Virus record (IMG/VR): IMGVR_UViG_3300029156_000004
Coordinates: 1-42,479 of that record
Reading direction: 5' to 3' (one strand)
Length of the DNA: 42,479 nt
Origin: a virus
Taxonomy: Duplodnaviria > Caudoviricetes
In this document: piece after piece, positions 9,259 through 19,319 of the stretch
How the letters are laid out: every line of letters starts with the position of its first letter
How positions within the stretch are numbered: the first letter of the stretch is position 1
Program-made: the position numbers and the translations under genes
The notes under the pieces: model-generated
What the model was told of the DNA's origin: nothing
The model's database searches: none
What the model saw: only the letters and a program-made list of their open reading frames with translations

Positions 9259-11211
9259 CTAGGTGGTTACCGAAAAATTGTATCCGTCTAGCGATAGCCA
9301 GTTTTCGGAGTTGACAATCGCGCCGGTCATGCTGACCACGCCCGCGGATGAGATGGTCATCCGCGATGGCAATTCGCCAATCGCATTGCTCCATCGTGAG
9401 CGATTCGCAAGGCGAAGTTGGGCTGGTGGTCGGTATCCAGACGGCAGCGTGAATATTGTTGTCCCGCTGCCAGATGTGCGTTCGGTAGTCCCGCGCAGGT
9501 ACACTATATCCCCAATTTTTCTGTATTCAACCGTTTGCGCACCCGACAGGTTGCTCCACCCACTCGCAAATGTAACACCGGTCCAATCGCTTGTCGAATC
9601 ATCGTTGAATACCGGCATCCACATGTCGGTGCCATTTACATTGACGCGCACGCGCCCGTAATGGCTCCCGACTATATTTGTGCTAACCGCGTTGGAGTCA
9701 CCCGCTGTCGCTTGAAAACGGATAAACTCCTCTGACACATCAGCCTGATCTAGATACAGCACTGGCTGCGCGCCACTTGTGCTGCTCTGGTCCACATGCA
9801 ATTGTCCAGAAGCACTCCCGGCACCTATGAGCATGTCGCCGCTGGTGTCCAAGACCACCCTGGCCGAGTTGCCGGTCATCAGCGCCAGATTGTCACTTGA
9901 AACGCTACCTATGTATGTAATCCCGTCGCTGTGAACTAGGATGCCACCCTCGTCCCCCAGGTTGTTTTCCGCCGTGATCTGTATGGAATTTCCGTCTGGA
10001 TTGACGTACAATCCATCTCCTGCATTTGTCGGCGTCTGGCTACCGTCCCCAATGTGCAGGTCGCGCGCAGGGGAGGTAATACCGATGCCGACCTTACCAT
10101 CGGCAAGAATAGTGACTTTGCTTGTGTTATTTGTTGATAGCTGCACCGGATGATTTGACCACGTGCCAAGGTAGAAAACATTGTCAGAATGAGGGTTCAT
10201 TCCACCTTCGACGCTGTTGCTATTCTCGACGGTGACTTGCGCTGTTGTAGCATTCGGGTTGACGTAGATACCATCCATCGAGTTGGTGGGTGATTGCGCG
10301 CCGCCGCCCACGTGGAGAGTGCGCGCAGGGGCAGATTGCCCTATGCCCACCTTGCCGTCAGCCAAGACCGTCACCTTAGCAACATTGTTCGTCGTCAATT
10401 GCAGCGGGTGATTTGACCACGTACCTAAATAAAAATTGCTATCCGAATGGGGATTCATGCCACCCTCGACGCCACTGCTGTTTTCGGCGGTTATTTGCGC
10501 AGTGGTGAAGTTTGGGTTGACATAGATGCCTTCCATCGAGTTAGTGGGTGACTGGCCACCGCCGCCAATGTGCAAAAGCCGAACTGGCGAACTGGTCCCG
10601 ATGCCAATCTGACCGCCATCCTCAACAAATATGCCGTTGCCGCCATCGTCCTGTAGGTTTAGGCCATCACCATCCCTGGCTCGAATGGTGTCAGCTAGAA
10701 TGGCGCGGGTATTGCCAATGTCCCAATTGGCCGTTAATGGGACGCTCCCGTCCTCGTCGATCTTGTCGCTAAGCTCCTGGCCTACGCCATATAGGTGAGC
10801 AGTAAGATTATCAAGGCTATCTGCCTCCGCTGGCGTGGTCGATGGCGTGTACCCAATAGCCGCCCAATCAATATCGAGCTTGTCCCCGTCGATCTCGTCA
10901 CTGCCGCTTGTGATATGCGTGCTAGCGTGACTGGCCGTTGTGCCCAATCCCTGATCAATACCATACAGGTGAGCAGTGAGATTGTCGAGGCTATCCGCCT
11001 CCGATGGGGACGTGGATGGCGTGTAGTTGGATGGGGTCCAATCAATATCGAGCTTGTCCCCGTCGATCTCGTCTGACCCACCAGTGATGTGGTCGCTCGC
11101 GTGACTTGGCGCTCCTGTGGCACCTTCGAGGATTTCTTGAGCGGCTAAACGCTCGGTGATCAGCTTGTCACCACCAGCCGGTGTATCAATTTTTAGGCTT
11201 GTCTGTATCAC
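9259..11211 (-). CDS. Tail fibre / receptor-binding protein
   Basis: Last gene of the tail module; GxVGIG...P...LH repeats; C-terminal YRKIGDIVYLRG...IFTLPSGYRP domain. Confidence 0.85.
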   Translation of the reverse strand: MIQTSLKIDTPAGGDKLITERLAAQEILEGATGAPSHASDHITGGSDEIDGDKLDIDWTPSNYTPSTSPSEADSLDNLTAHLYGIDQGLGTTASHASTHITSGSDEIDGDKLDIDWAAIGYTPSTTPAEADSLDNLTAHLYGVGQELSDKIDEDGSVPLTANWDIGNTRAILADTIRARDGDGLNLQDDGGNGIFVEDGGQIGIGTSSPVRLLHIGGGGQSPTNSMEGIYVNPNFTTAQITAENSSGVEGGMNPHSDSNFYLGTWSNHPLQLTTNNVAKVTVLADGKVGIGQSAPARTLHVGGGAQSPTNSMDGIYVNPNATTAQVTVENSNSVEGGMNPHSDNVFYLGTWSNHPVQLSTNNTSKVTILADGKVGIGITSPARDLHIGDGSQTPTNAGDGLYVNPDGNSIQITAENNLGDEGGILVHSDGITYIGSVSSDNLALMTGNSARVVLDTSGDMLIGAGSASGQLHVDQSSTSGAQPVLYLDQADVSEEFIRFQATAGDSNAVSTNIVGSHYGRVRVNVNGTDMWMPVFNDDSTSDWTGVTFASGWSNLSGAQTVEYRKIGDIVYLRGTTERTSGSGTTIFTLPSGYRPPAQLRLANRSRWSNAIGELPSRMTISSAGVVSMTGAIVNSENWLSLDGYNFSVTT

Positions 11212-12311
11212 GATAGTGGCTCTCTCAGAACTATATCCACCTGCATGTGCGGCGTGAATCTCACGTTTACTTGGCTTATCTGGCGCGTAACTGCTGACCC
11301 GCCAAAGTCCAGCGTGACTATATTCCCCGCCTCGTAATCGACTAAATATTGATAGCCCGACGATTGTAGTATGTCGGCGCTGATGGTTGTGCGCGCTTGA
11401 CGATCTGACAAGACAATATCGCCGCGGTCATCAAGTATAGAGGTTGTTGATGTGTCCTTGTGATCTACGAATATTTCGTAGTCATTTGTGGCTGACTGGT
11501 TGACTCCTGTACGTGTTCGCACGGTACGACTAGATTCTTGACCAGCCCCACCCACAATGGCAACTGTTTTCTCCAACATCTTGTTTTGCTGCAATGCGGA
11601 CTGCCCCATGTTGTTGATCGCGAGCGAGAAGACAACATCGCTGCTGACATCAGTGCTGGTAGTATCGACGCGGACAGTAAGCTCATTGGTAGAGATGTTG
11701 CGCACCACATCAAATGTGTTGCCACCAAGGAATGCTAGTTCCTGCAATGCGGTGAGTACATTTTTCCACGCGCATCGGTAGTCGATGGTTGTTGCGCTGG
11801 CTGACCCGGTACCTGTGGTTGACACGGTAGAGATGGCGTCTCTTTCTCTGCCATCCGCTGTTGTGCCGTTAGTGGTGCAGTTATACCTCCACACATTTGA
11901 GAATATGGTAGAGATGGCACGTGACGAAAACAGACTTCTGTCTGTCGTTGCCGCCTTGTATGCAACGATGGAGCGTGCCAGGACCTCTTCGGCGGATGGG
12001 AAATAGAGCAATTTGTATTCGTTGCCTGATTGGTCTGTGGATGTCTGCTGTTCCCTGTACACCCCATGGTAGTCAGTTTCCCACGCTAGAAAGCTGCCGG
12101 TACTGGCACCATCGGTGACAGATATTTCTACTCTATCGTCTTCTCCAACAAGTGAGAGCGCAGGATGATCTGGCTGTACCGCCCACACACACATACCCAC
12201 GTCGTTGACCTTCTTGCGGTATTGTAGCGATAGTCCATCATTCCAGATGCCATGCAAAGTGCCGGTAGATTGGTCGTATATTTTAATATTGTACTGGCGA
12301 CGGTAGCCCAT
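11208..12311 (-). CDS. Siphovirus ReqiPepy6 Gp37-like minor tail/hub protein
   Basis: Follows Dit; IVGGAGQESSR, EIFVD, YLVDYEAGNIVT motifs. Confidence 0.8.
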   Translation of the reverse strand: MGYRRQYNIKIYDQSTGTLHGIWNDGLSLQYRKKVNDVGMCVWAVQPDHPALSLVGEDDRVEISVTDGASTGSFLAWETDYHGVYREQQTSTDQSGNEYKLLYFPSAEEVLARSIVAYKAATTDRSLFSSRAISTIFSNVWRYNCTTNGTTADGRERDAISTVSTTGTGSASATTIDYRCAWKNVLTALQELAFLGGNTFDVVRNISTNELTVRVDTTSTDVSSDVVFSLAINNMGQSALQQNKMLEKTVAIVGGAGQESSRTVRTRTGVNQSATNDYEIFVDHKDTSTTSILDDRGDIVLSDRQARTTISADILQSSGYQYLVDYEAGNIVTLDFGGSAVTRQISQVNVRFTPHMQVDIVLREPLS

Positions 12312-13186
12312 TAGAGACTCAAGTATCTTTTGTAATACAGTACACGCGCTTCGGTCGCACCAGTTGTGCTGCTTCCAGAGAAGGAGATCACGGTGCTACT
12401 AGGTGCGCCAGACCCATACGCAGACAAGAATTTTTCGGAATGCACGCGCAGCATTCCGTGCAGGTTGTTGCGCGAACTTACCTGCAATTCTGACAATTTG
12501 TTGGTCGACAGATCATCCGATATGGTCTTGAATCCTGGCCGCAGATCTATGGTATATGTGCGACCACTCGCAATTGTATTGCCAAAAAAGGAGAGATTAG
12601 CCGCCGAGAATGCAGATGGATTTATGCCAAGGCTGGTGATAGGTCCGTCTATTTCAATCACGGGATAGTCGTACCATGTTAATCCGCTGGCACTAATTGT
12701 GGCATTGCCGCTGCCTGATGATAAATCCACCGTCTCAGTCACTTGTGCGGGGTCATAAAAAATGGGGTCGGGCGCAACGAGAGGAACAGTAATTTTTTGC
12801 ACACTGCCATCGAGTCTGTCATAGATGCTGACTGGGTAATCTATTTGGCCGTCCAAATACACATCAATTTGGCGTACCGCCGCATCCTCACGCGTGATTT
12901 TCAGATTGAGCGGATTCTGCGTCGGCTCAAATATGCTGGCAACCGTGTCTAGTGTGGCCTCTGCTGCGCTGGCCGTTGACTCGCTAATGTATAGCGTCAA
13001 ATCAATGCGCCGCGGCTCTAGGCGAAACCCGCGGTCCTGATGCACATTTGTGTTGAGTGCAGGCTCAATGTTGCGCTGCACGGAGGGCACGCCAACACCT
13101 GTCATTTGCACAAAATTAGTGGTTGTTCCACCAGATAATGTGTGCGTTGTGCCTGCCTCGTCTATTACTTGGATTGTAAAAGCCAT
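12311..13186 (-). CDS. Distal tail protein (Dit)
   Basis: Follows the tape measure gene; PRRIDL, LVAPDPIFY, YPVIEIDGP. Confidence 0.82.
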   Translation of the reverse strand: MAFTIQVIDEAGTTHTLSGGTTTNFVQMTGVGVPSVQRNIEPALNTNVHQDRGFRLEPRRIDLTLYISESTASAAEATLDTVASIFEPTQNPLNLKITREDAAVRQIDVYLDGQIDYPVSIYDRLDGSVQKITVPLVAPDPIFYDPAQVTETVDLSSGSGNATISASGLTWYDYPVIEIDGPITSLGINPSAFSAANLSFFGNTIASGRTYTIDLRPGFKTISDDLSTNKLSELQVSSRNNLHGMLRVHSEKFLSAYGSGAPSSTVISFSGSSTTGATEARVLYYKRYLSL

Positions 13187-13189
13187 AAT

Positions 13190-15436
13190 CTATACCGGAA
13201 CTGATACAGTATTACTGAGCATATTGATAAGACGCGTTGCCTCGTCAGCCTCGTTTTGGCGTGCGCTGCCAGCAAACGAAACGTTGAACGTGTTGTCCAC
13301 TTGGCGGGAATTGTTGTTGGTGATATTGTTGGCGGTGCCTACAACAGCCCCCATTGCCATCTCGGTTGTGGATAGAGCCTCACCGAGTCCCGCCTTTATC
13401 CCGCCAGAAAGCCCCTGCATGATGTTCATGCCGTAGCCAGCAAAGAGACGTGACGGCGAGCCAAGCTTGAAAATATCGGGGACTAGATCTGCCAAGGTCG
13501 TCATCCAGCCGCTAACATCGTTTTTCACGGTTTCAAACGCGTTGCCAATGCCGTCTCTGAGGCCGTACAATATGTTGGCACCGAAGCCTAGCAACTTTTC
13601 GGTATTGAACACATTCGCCATTGCGCCCCATATATCCCCCAGCACGGCACTAAAATGGCCTTTGACTTCGGTTATGCGGCCATTAAATCCATCGACCAGC
13701 CCTTGCCAAATGTTCCATCCGAGGCCCATTGCTAGTGTGGATGGCGAGGCAATGCCAAAGAAATCCTTGACGGCTTGCCAAGCGTCCTTGAAGCCACTGA
13801 CCATCGTGTCCAAAAACCCCCCTTCGGTGAGTTGAAATGAATTACGAAAGCCATCCCCTATAGCTGTCCATAATCTGCTCCCTTCGCCCTCTGCCGCGTC
13901 ACCGAACGCCCGGGAAAACATCCCACTAAAAGCTTCTGACAAATTGACCAATTCGACGGTATTTAGATATTCTATTCCCGCTGCTAGCATGTTTTCGAGA
14001 CGATCCGTAAGCGTTTCGCCTTTTATGTTGTCGAGGAAACCAAGATCGAAATTTGAGGCTTCTTTCAGCCTTGGCAGATCGGTTTCACCAACGCCAACGA
14101 GGCGCTTGATCGCCTCTGCGGCAATCTCGACGCCGAGTACAACGTCATCGAAAAAGGCGACTATATCATCAGCGTGATTGTCCAGAAATGCAGCGAGAGC
14201 ATCAACCATATTGCGCACAACAGGGAGGAACTTTTCACCAATCCTTAGTTGTAATGTCTCGACAATGCCCGATAGAATCTCCATCGAGCCTTTGAGGTTG
14301 TCTACTCGCGTAGCGGCAGAACCCTCAGCATCCACTTTACCCATTTGAGCCTGCAAGCCCTCAAACGCAGTAATTCCTCCGTCAGCAAACCCCGCCAAGT
14401 CATCGACGCTAACCCCGAGTTCCTTTGCTGCGGTTTCTAGGTCAGTGTAAGCCACTTTTCCCGCCTCTGCCGTTCCAGCTGCCGCACGCATGGCATCGGA
14501 TCCAAATATGGTGGTCAATGCTTGGTTGCGCTGTGAATCACTCAGTCCAGATAGCGCGCCGTTGAGCAAGCCAGAAATCTCGCTCATGCTGCGCATGTTA
14601 CCGCTGGCGTCAAAAAATTGGTTACTGCCGTCCTCAGTAATCAGGCCAAGCTCCTCCATTGCTACCTTCGCCGCCTTGCTTTGCGGATTTAGGCGCTGTA
14701 GCATGGTTTTCAGGGAAGTGCCAGCATCAGAACCAGACGCGAACAAGGGAGATATGGCTGCTATCGTTGTATTAAAATCATCAAACTCGACGCCAACAGT
14801 CGCCGCAACACCGCCACCTTGCGCCAGTGCCAGCCGATAATCATCTATGGAGAATTTGGAATTATTGACCACCGACGTAATGCCATCAACCGCCGTACCC
14901 ATGTCTGCGGCCTCTATGTTGAATAGGCTCATCACATCGGTAGCGATGTCGGCGGCAGCGCCAAAATCAGCACCCGTGGCGTTGGCCAGCAGGACCGTGT
15001 TGCGCGCTGCGCCATCCATGATGTCGGACATGGACAGGCCGTTGCGGCCTAACATCTCAATGGCGTTTGCCGCTTCGGTCGCGTTGACCTTCAGTTTTGG
15101 GTCGATACCAAGTTGGAGGATTAGATCCTTGAGCGGGGCGACCTCCTCTCTGGTCTTACCCATGACAGCCGCAATGCCGCTCATCTGATCTTCAAGGCTG
15201 CTAGCTTTTTGCGTGGATGCAACGATGGCTGTAGCGAGTCCACCAACGGCTGTCACCGCTGCGCCAGCAGCCACAACAAGTCCGCTGCTCAACATGGCAG
15301 ATAGCTTGCCAAGTCCACCGCCTGTGCCGCTTACGCGCTTGCCCGATTCGTCAAGGCTATCTATGTCACCGCGGGCCTGTCCAAATATGCGGCCCGCTTT
15401 GTATTGAGCGTCGATTATGAAATTGAGAGTTGTCAC
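13190..15436 (-). CDS. Tail tape measure protein (TP901 family)
   Basis: GSDAGTSLKTML, IFGSDAMRAA, GIASPS/LGSPSR motifs; Ala/Gly-rich. Confidence 0.95.
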   Translation of the reverse strand: MTTLNFIIDAQYKAGRIFGQARGDIDSLDESGKRVSGTGGGLGKLSAMLSSGLVVAAGAAVTAVGGLATAIVASTQKASSLEDQMSGIAAVMGKTREEVAPLKDLILQLGIDPKLKVNATEAANAIEMLGRNGLSMSDIMDGAARNTVLLANATGADFGAAADIATDVMSLFNIEAADMGTAVDGITSVVNNSKFSIDDYRLALAQGGGVAATVGVEFDDFNTTIAAISPLFASGSDAGTSLKTMLQRLNPQSKAAKVAMEELGLITEDGSNQFFDASGNMRSMSEISGLLNGALSGLSDSQRNQALTTIFGSDAMRAAAGTAEAGKVAYTDLETAAKELGVSVDDLAGFADGGITAFEGLQAQMGKVDAEGSAATRVDNLKGSMEILSGIVETLQLRIGEKFLPVVRNMVDALAAFLDNHADDIVAFFDDVVLGVEIAAEAIKRLVGVGETDLPRLKEASNFDLGFLDNIKGETLTDRLENMLAAGIEYLNTVELVNLSEAFSGMFSRAFGDAAEGEGSRLWTAIGDGFRNSFQLTEGGFLDTMVSGFKDAWQAVKDFFGIASPSTLAMGLGWNIWQGLVDGFNGRITEVKGHFSAVLGDIWGAMANVFNTEKLLGFGANILYGLRDGIGNAFETVKNDVSGWMTTLADLVPDIFKLGSPSRLFAGYGMNIMQGLSGGIKAGLGEALSTTEMAMGAVVGTANNITNNNSRQVDNTFNVSFAGSARQNEADEATRLINMLSNTVSVPV

Positions 15437-15648
15437 TTCTTCACTCGTTGCGCCCGCATCTTAATGACCCGCTGCTCTATGGACATCACGCGCAGTGCGA
15501 CTAGATAATCAGATAGTCGCTGCGACCGAAAATCGGATGGGGTGCAGTGCCAAATGTCACGCATGATTACATGTGCGCTATACTCGCGCGGGCAATTGCC
15601 AACGCCTGTCCACAGGTACTGTGTAAGGCGTTGGCTTAGGCGTTTGGG
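15433..15648 (-). CDS. Tail assembly chaperone gpT-like extension via -1 programmed frameshift
   Basis: Slippery CCCAAAC (15648-15642), downstream hairpin, open -1 frame (RLSQRLTQYLWTG...WHCTPSDF...RVKK) ending at a TGA that overlaps the TMP GTG start. Confidence 0.8.
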   Translation of the reverse strand, partial: PKRLSQRLTQYLWTGVGNCPREYSAHVIMRDIWHCTPSDFRSQRLSDYLVALRVMSIEQRVIKMRAQRVKK

Positions 15649-15950
15649 TCAGACGCCCCACCGATTGCAGAGACTACGGCATCGCTGATCAACGGCAATG
15701 CGCGTATCGGAATCGTGTTGATGTCTGTGTCCGGTATGACTTTTGCGAGGAAATCAACAATCTCGACTGTGGTTGCGCCGCTATCTGACAATCGCTCCAC
15801 GAATTCAAGATCGGCTACGGTCAACGCGTCAATGGCAATCTCAATTTGCAGCGGCGTAACTTTCTTGAATGATATTTGCACATTCGCATCGAATGGCTCA
15901 GGAAGCAAAACCTCTGGCTCTGTCCCGTTCTGCCTAACTGTGGTTATCAT
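15636..15950 (-). CDS. Tail assembly chaperone (gpG-like)
   Basis: Between tail tube and TMP; ends DPNA at the slippery site. Confidence 0.8.
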   Translation of the reverse strand: MITTVRQNGTEPEVLLPEPFDANVQISFKKVTPLQIEIAIDALTVADLEFVERLSDSGATTVEIVDFLAKVIPDTDINTIPIRALPLISDAVVSAIGGASDPNA

Positions 15951-16432
15951 TATGAAATTGTCTCTTCCTTGAACTGCGGAGCGAGAACGCTAAATGTAGC
16001 CATGATTGCATCTCCAGACGACGAGTCCGCATCGGGGGGTGGACAATTGATTATGGGGACCAGCGTTGCCGCACTACCCGCGTCATCGCTGGCAAAGTAT
16101 CGCGACTCAGTAGATTGGCCCCCGGCGGGTGAATAGCGCACAGCAATGGTCCCTGCTGCCCCGTCCTTGAATCGGTCATACACAACTGTAAATGCCTCGG
16201 ATGCGGTCTCGGTATAGAAAATATTGAATGTGGCAGTAAGCGCGCCCATTTTGCCGCTACCCGTCACAATGGGGAACTGACCATCAAATGTGTGCTGCTC
16301 ACCGGTGAGTTGGTCGCCACCAGAAAAACTCACAGACGCACTTGAGCCGCTTACATCTGTCCATGCCGAGGCGTCTACGCTGACTTCTACCTGACATTTC
16401 CCCTGCGGCAAGCTGCCGGTTGTTTGTGCCAT
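15950..16432 (-). CDS. Major tail tube protein
   Basis: 160 aa, S/T/G-rich beta pattern, immediately upstream of the chaperone. Confidence 0.75.
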   Translation of the reverse strand: MAQTTGSLPQGKCQVEVSVDASAWTDVSGSSASVSFSGGDQLTGEQHTFDGQFPIVTGSGKMGALTATFNIFYTETASEAFTVVYDRFKDGAAGTIAVRYSPAGGQSTESRYFASDDAGSAATLVPIINCPPPDADSSSGDAIMATFSVLAPQFKEETIS

Positions 16433-16441
16433 GATTTACTC

Positions 16442-16771
16442 CTATTTCACTCTGACTATAGCAACAGTCACAGATGACGTGCTACTTGCGGCCAGCGTCA
16501 CCTGCCCACTGGTATTGTTGAATAGTGTCGGGTCAAAAGGTCCGACAGCGCCGATTGCGCCATTTGCAATATTGCCCGTCACCACGTCGGACAGCGACAG
16601 GCCCCCAGGCGTCCCCGCCGCCGTGGTTGTGATCGTGATGTTGCCGCCGCTTCCATTATCAAAAAGCGCGATGATGTTGCCGTCGTTTGCGAACACGTCC
16701 GATGCGGCCACGGCTGCAAATGTGATGGTTGTTCCATCGTGATCAGGCTGCTGTACCGTGAGTGTCGCCAT
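16442..16771 (-). CDS. Putative virion protein
   Basis: 109 aa, beta-rich, in the neck/tail region. Confidence 0.6.
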   Translation of the reverse strand: MATLTVQQPDHDGTTITFAAVAASDVFANDGNIIALFDNGSGGNITITTTAAGTPGGLSLSDVVTGNIANGAIGAVGPFDPTLFNNTSGQVTLAASSTSSVTVAIVRVK

Positions 16772-17012
16772 TTACCACCTCCTCATTTGCCTCATGCACC
16801 TTGACTGCTGCGCTATTTTGCTCTGGCGGTTTTGTCTCATCCGCAGGCTGTACGACGGTTTTAGCCAAGTACAACGCCGCCTTGGTATCGTCTAACCATA
16901 TCTCAGCGCCAGGATTCCATACCTCATCACCCTGACGGGTAGCAATGCGCCGCAGGGCGATGTATCGCTTCTGACCCTTATGGTCGTCAATCTTCTTACT
17001 TTTCATAGCCAT
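16743..17012 (-). CDS. Hypothetical protein (neck region)
   Basis: 89-aa ORF coupled to the upstream gene. Confidence 0.6.
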   Translation of the reverse strand: MAMKSKKIDDHKGQKRYIALRRIATRQGDEVWNPGAEIWLDDTKAALYLAKTVVQPADETKPPEQNSAAVKVHEANEEVVNGDTHGTAA

Positions 17013-17488
17013 CAGCTAAACATCTCCTGTACGTTTATCTCGAAAATAATCCCGGTGTAGTCTATGCCTGCGTAGGTCAATCCGCGATTGCCCACCAATT
17101 GCCCCCCGCTCGTTATGCCGCTATCTCGTATCTCGCGTATCTGCACGAGATTTTCAGCCAGCACAAAGTTGTTCCAATACGCGTCAAGAAACCTCTGCAA
17201 TAATGTAATTCCCGTCTGCATGACGGCATCATATGTGTCCTGCGCTGCTGGCTCGATAAATAGTCGAGCGGAATAGTCGCGTATCATTTCTTTTTTAGCA
17301 CGCGCCGATCCCATTGCTCTCGGCTGGAATGTTTGCAGCGATGTGGTTGCCTGCGAGGGGAACGTAATCACCATTGGGAGATCGCTGGTATTGATGCTGC
17401 CTGGGTACGACGTGGGTGCAGATGTGACACCATCGATACCAGCGTGAAGCGCTTGAAACAGGTCGAGCGTACTGGAAACTCCGGCCAT
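17012..17488 (-). CDS. Putative tail completion/terminator protein
   Basis: Position after the head-tail adaptor; 158 aa. Confidence 0.55.
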   Translation of the reverse strand: MAGVSSTLDLFQALHAGIDGVTSAPTSYPGSINTSDLPMVITFPSQATTSLQTFQPRAMGSARAKKEMIRDYSARLFIEPAAQDTYDAVMQTGITLLQRFLDAYWNNFVLAENLVQIREIRDSGITSGGQLVGNRGLTYAGIDYTGIIFEINVQEMFS

Positions 17489-18063
17489 TATGAGCGCCTC
17501 CGGTACGAATCTATCGCTAGGCGCAAATCTTTTGGCACGCCCTGCGGGATTGTGATTACGCCCAATTCCGGCGTAGCTGTAATGTCATAGACCTGGCTAT
17601 CTTTCTGCCGATACAACCACCCAACGTACCGGATGCACAGATGCTCTATATCGCTGTCAGCCGTAACGCTCCATGCCCATCTGCCCGTCACAGCAATAGC
17701 CCCCTCCGGATCGTTGTTGCTGTCGTATTCCCAGGTCAGGCCACTTGACGACAACAGCTTTATCGCGCACCACGGCGAGCGATTGCGCGGAACCGTGGTG
17801 TATTTCGTACTGGCAATAGTTGTACCATCACCATTGGTGACGGTGGTGATACTGGCAAGATCCTCGTCGAAGTAGAGCATTGGACCGTCAGTGTCGCACT
17901 TTGCATCAAAGTAGCGCGTTGTGTCCGACGTTGCCTCAAAAGTGCGATGCCAATGGCGGTCAAGACCTGCTTGCGCACGCGGGATAAGGGCGTCGAGCAG
18001 CGCGTCATCGTCAGTTGTGCTGTTACCGAGGTAGGCTTTGACTTGCTCAGTAGTACAATACAT
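17488..18063 (-). CDS. Head-tail connector (gp6/gp15-like adaptor)
   Basis: YCTTEQVKAYL...DDDALLDALI...IAVTGRWAW...LYRQKD...IDSYRR. Confidence 0.85.
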   Translation of the reverse strand: MYCTTEQVKAYLGNSTTDDDALLDALIPRAQAGLDRHWHRTFEATSDTTRYFDAKCDTDGPMLYFDEDLASITTVTNGDGTTIASTKYTTVPRNRSPWCAIKLLSSSGLTWEYDSNNDPEGAIAVTGRWAWSVTADSDIEHLCIRYVGWLYRQKDSQVYDITATPELGVITIPQGVPKDLRLAIDSYRRRS

Positions 18064-18091
18064 TTACATTGCTCCGCAAGTGTGGTAAAAT
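18063..18091 (+). promoter_or_regulatory. Sigma70-type promoter for the antisense nuclease gene
   Basis: TTTACA-17 bp-TAAAAT with extended -10 TG. Confidence 0.65.
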
Positions 18092-18135
18092 CCTATATAG
18101 GAACTTGTGTGAATGTCAAAGTGAAAAGGAATCTT

Positions 18136-18987
18136 ATGCCGTCTATTAAGCCAAAGATACAGATAGTTTGCGAAGTTTGCGATATTGAGTTTGAGGTACA
18201 GCCATACCGAGTAAGAGCCGGTGTTCGTTTTTGTGGACGCGCCTGTTACGAGATTTGGCGAAAAGGTAAATGTTTCTACACTGCCCCCCTCAGTCTGAGT
18301 AATTCTGAGATTGTTAAACGATACACGGCGGGGGAATTGCTCAAAGGCATAGCCGATGACGCCGGAGTGACGACGCCGACCATTCGCCTTATTCTTAAGA
18401 ATCACGGAATTGCGCAACGACCAGTTGACCCAGGGAAAATACTTACAGACCCGCTCGTACAAGAAAAGGCAAAAATTGCCAATCAGAAACGCACTGGGGC
18501 GAAGAACCATAAGTATGTTCATGTTCCTATAGACGAAATCGCCAAACTTTATAAGGCAGGGGAAACCACCACGGCGCTGGGCAAACAATTTGGGGTATCG
18601 CGCAATACAATCGCTAGGAAGTTGCGCTCCGCTGGCGTCTCGCTCCGGCAACGCGGTTTTTCTAAGCCAAGAGAATGTCCAGACGGACATATCGTTGATT
18701 CGGGATTGGAATACGCTGTTGACGTATGGCTTTTCGAGCATGGGATCGTTCATAATGTTCAGCCTACAGTCCCTTGGTGGAATGGGGGAAGAAGCCCTCA
18801 AAGAGCAGACTTCCTGGTTCGCGAAACCTATATCGAAGTATGGGGAATCGAAGGCAACCAACGATATGATCAGAGGCGACTTAACAAAGTCGAGAAGTAC
18901 AAAGCTTGTGGTTCGCCCCTTATCCAGATTTTCCCTCACCATGTTTTTGACGGTGATTTTTCCCCCCTCGAAACACTTCTCGAATAG
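18136..18987 (+). CDS. Zinc finger + tandem HTH + PD-(D/E)XK nuclease (homing-endonuclease-like), antisense to the structural operon
   Basis: AAGGA RBS; CEVC..FCGRAC; two HTH (RYTAGELLKGIA, LYKAGETTTALG); DSGLE...ADF...YIEVWG. Confidence 0.82.
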   Translation: MPSIKPKIQIVCEVCDIEFEVQPYRVRAGVRFCGRACYEIWRKGKCFYTAPLSLSNSEIVKRYTAGELLKGIADDAGVTTPTIRLILKNHGIAQRPVDPGKILTDPLVQEKAKIANQKRTGAKNHKYVHVPIDEIAKLYKAGETTTALGKQFGVSRNTIARKLRSAGVSLRQRGFSKPRECPDGHIVDSGLEYAVDVWLFEHGIVHNVQPTVPWWNGGRSPQRADFLVRETYIEVWGIEGNQRYDQRRLNKVEKYKACGSPLIQIFPHHVFDGDFSPLETLLE

Positions 18988-18992
18988 CGCCA

Positions 18993-19319
18993 TCACTTAG
19001 CCTCAGTCAGTGCTTCGATTAGTTGGGTCTTGTTCATGCCAGCAGTAATGATACCGTAGGATTCCGCGACTTCTACCACGTCAGACTTTTTCATGCTGGC
19101 GAAGTCCAGCAAATCAATAGCGTCCTCCAATACCTCTTCAACGATGTCGGGTGACACACCCGCCGAGTTCGCTTTGGGTCTGGCGGCTTCCCACCCCGCA
19201 CGTGCAACCCCAATGTCAATCAGGTGTTGACCTTTTCTCAAATCTGCCTGCGCGCCCGCCTTGTAAAAAGAATTACCGGACGCTACAGATAAATGGTCTT
19301 TGATGAAGGTAATCTTCAT
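18993..19319 (-). CDS. Hypothetical head-region protein with C-terminal Rho-N/HeH-like motif
   Basis: SMKKSDVVEVAESYGI...MNKTQLIEAL. Confidence 0.65.
   Translation of the reverse strand: MKITFIKDHLSVASGNSFYKAGAQADLRKGQHLIDIGVARAGWEAARPKANSAGVSPDIVEEVLEDAIDLLDFASMKKSDVVEVAESYGIITAGMNKTQLIEALTEAK

Noticed and set aside
9259-11211. Diversity-generating retroelement acting on the tail fibre
   Set aside because: No reverse transcriptase in the window; the repeats are in-frame internal duplications, and no separate template copy of the C-terminus was seen
18064-18996. 310-aa - strand ORF co-oriented with the structural operon
   Set aside because: Shadow of the + strand nuclease gene, which has domain motifs, an RBS and a promoter
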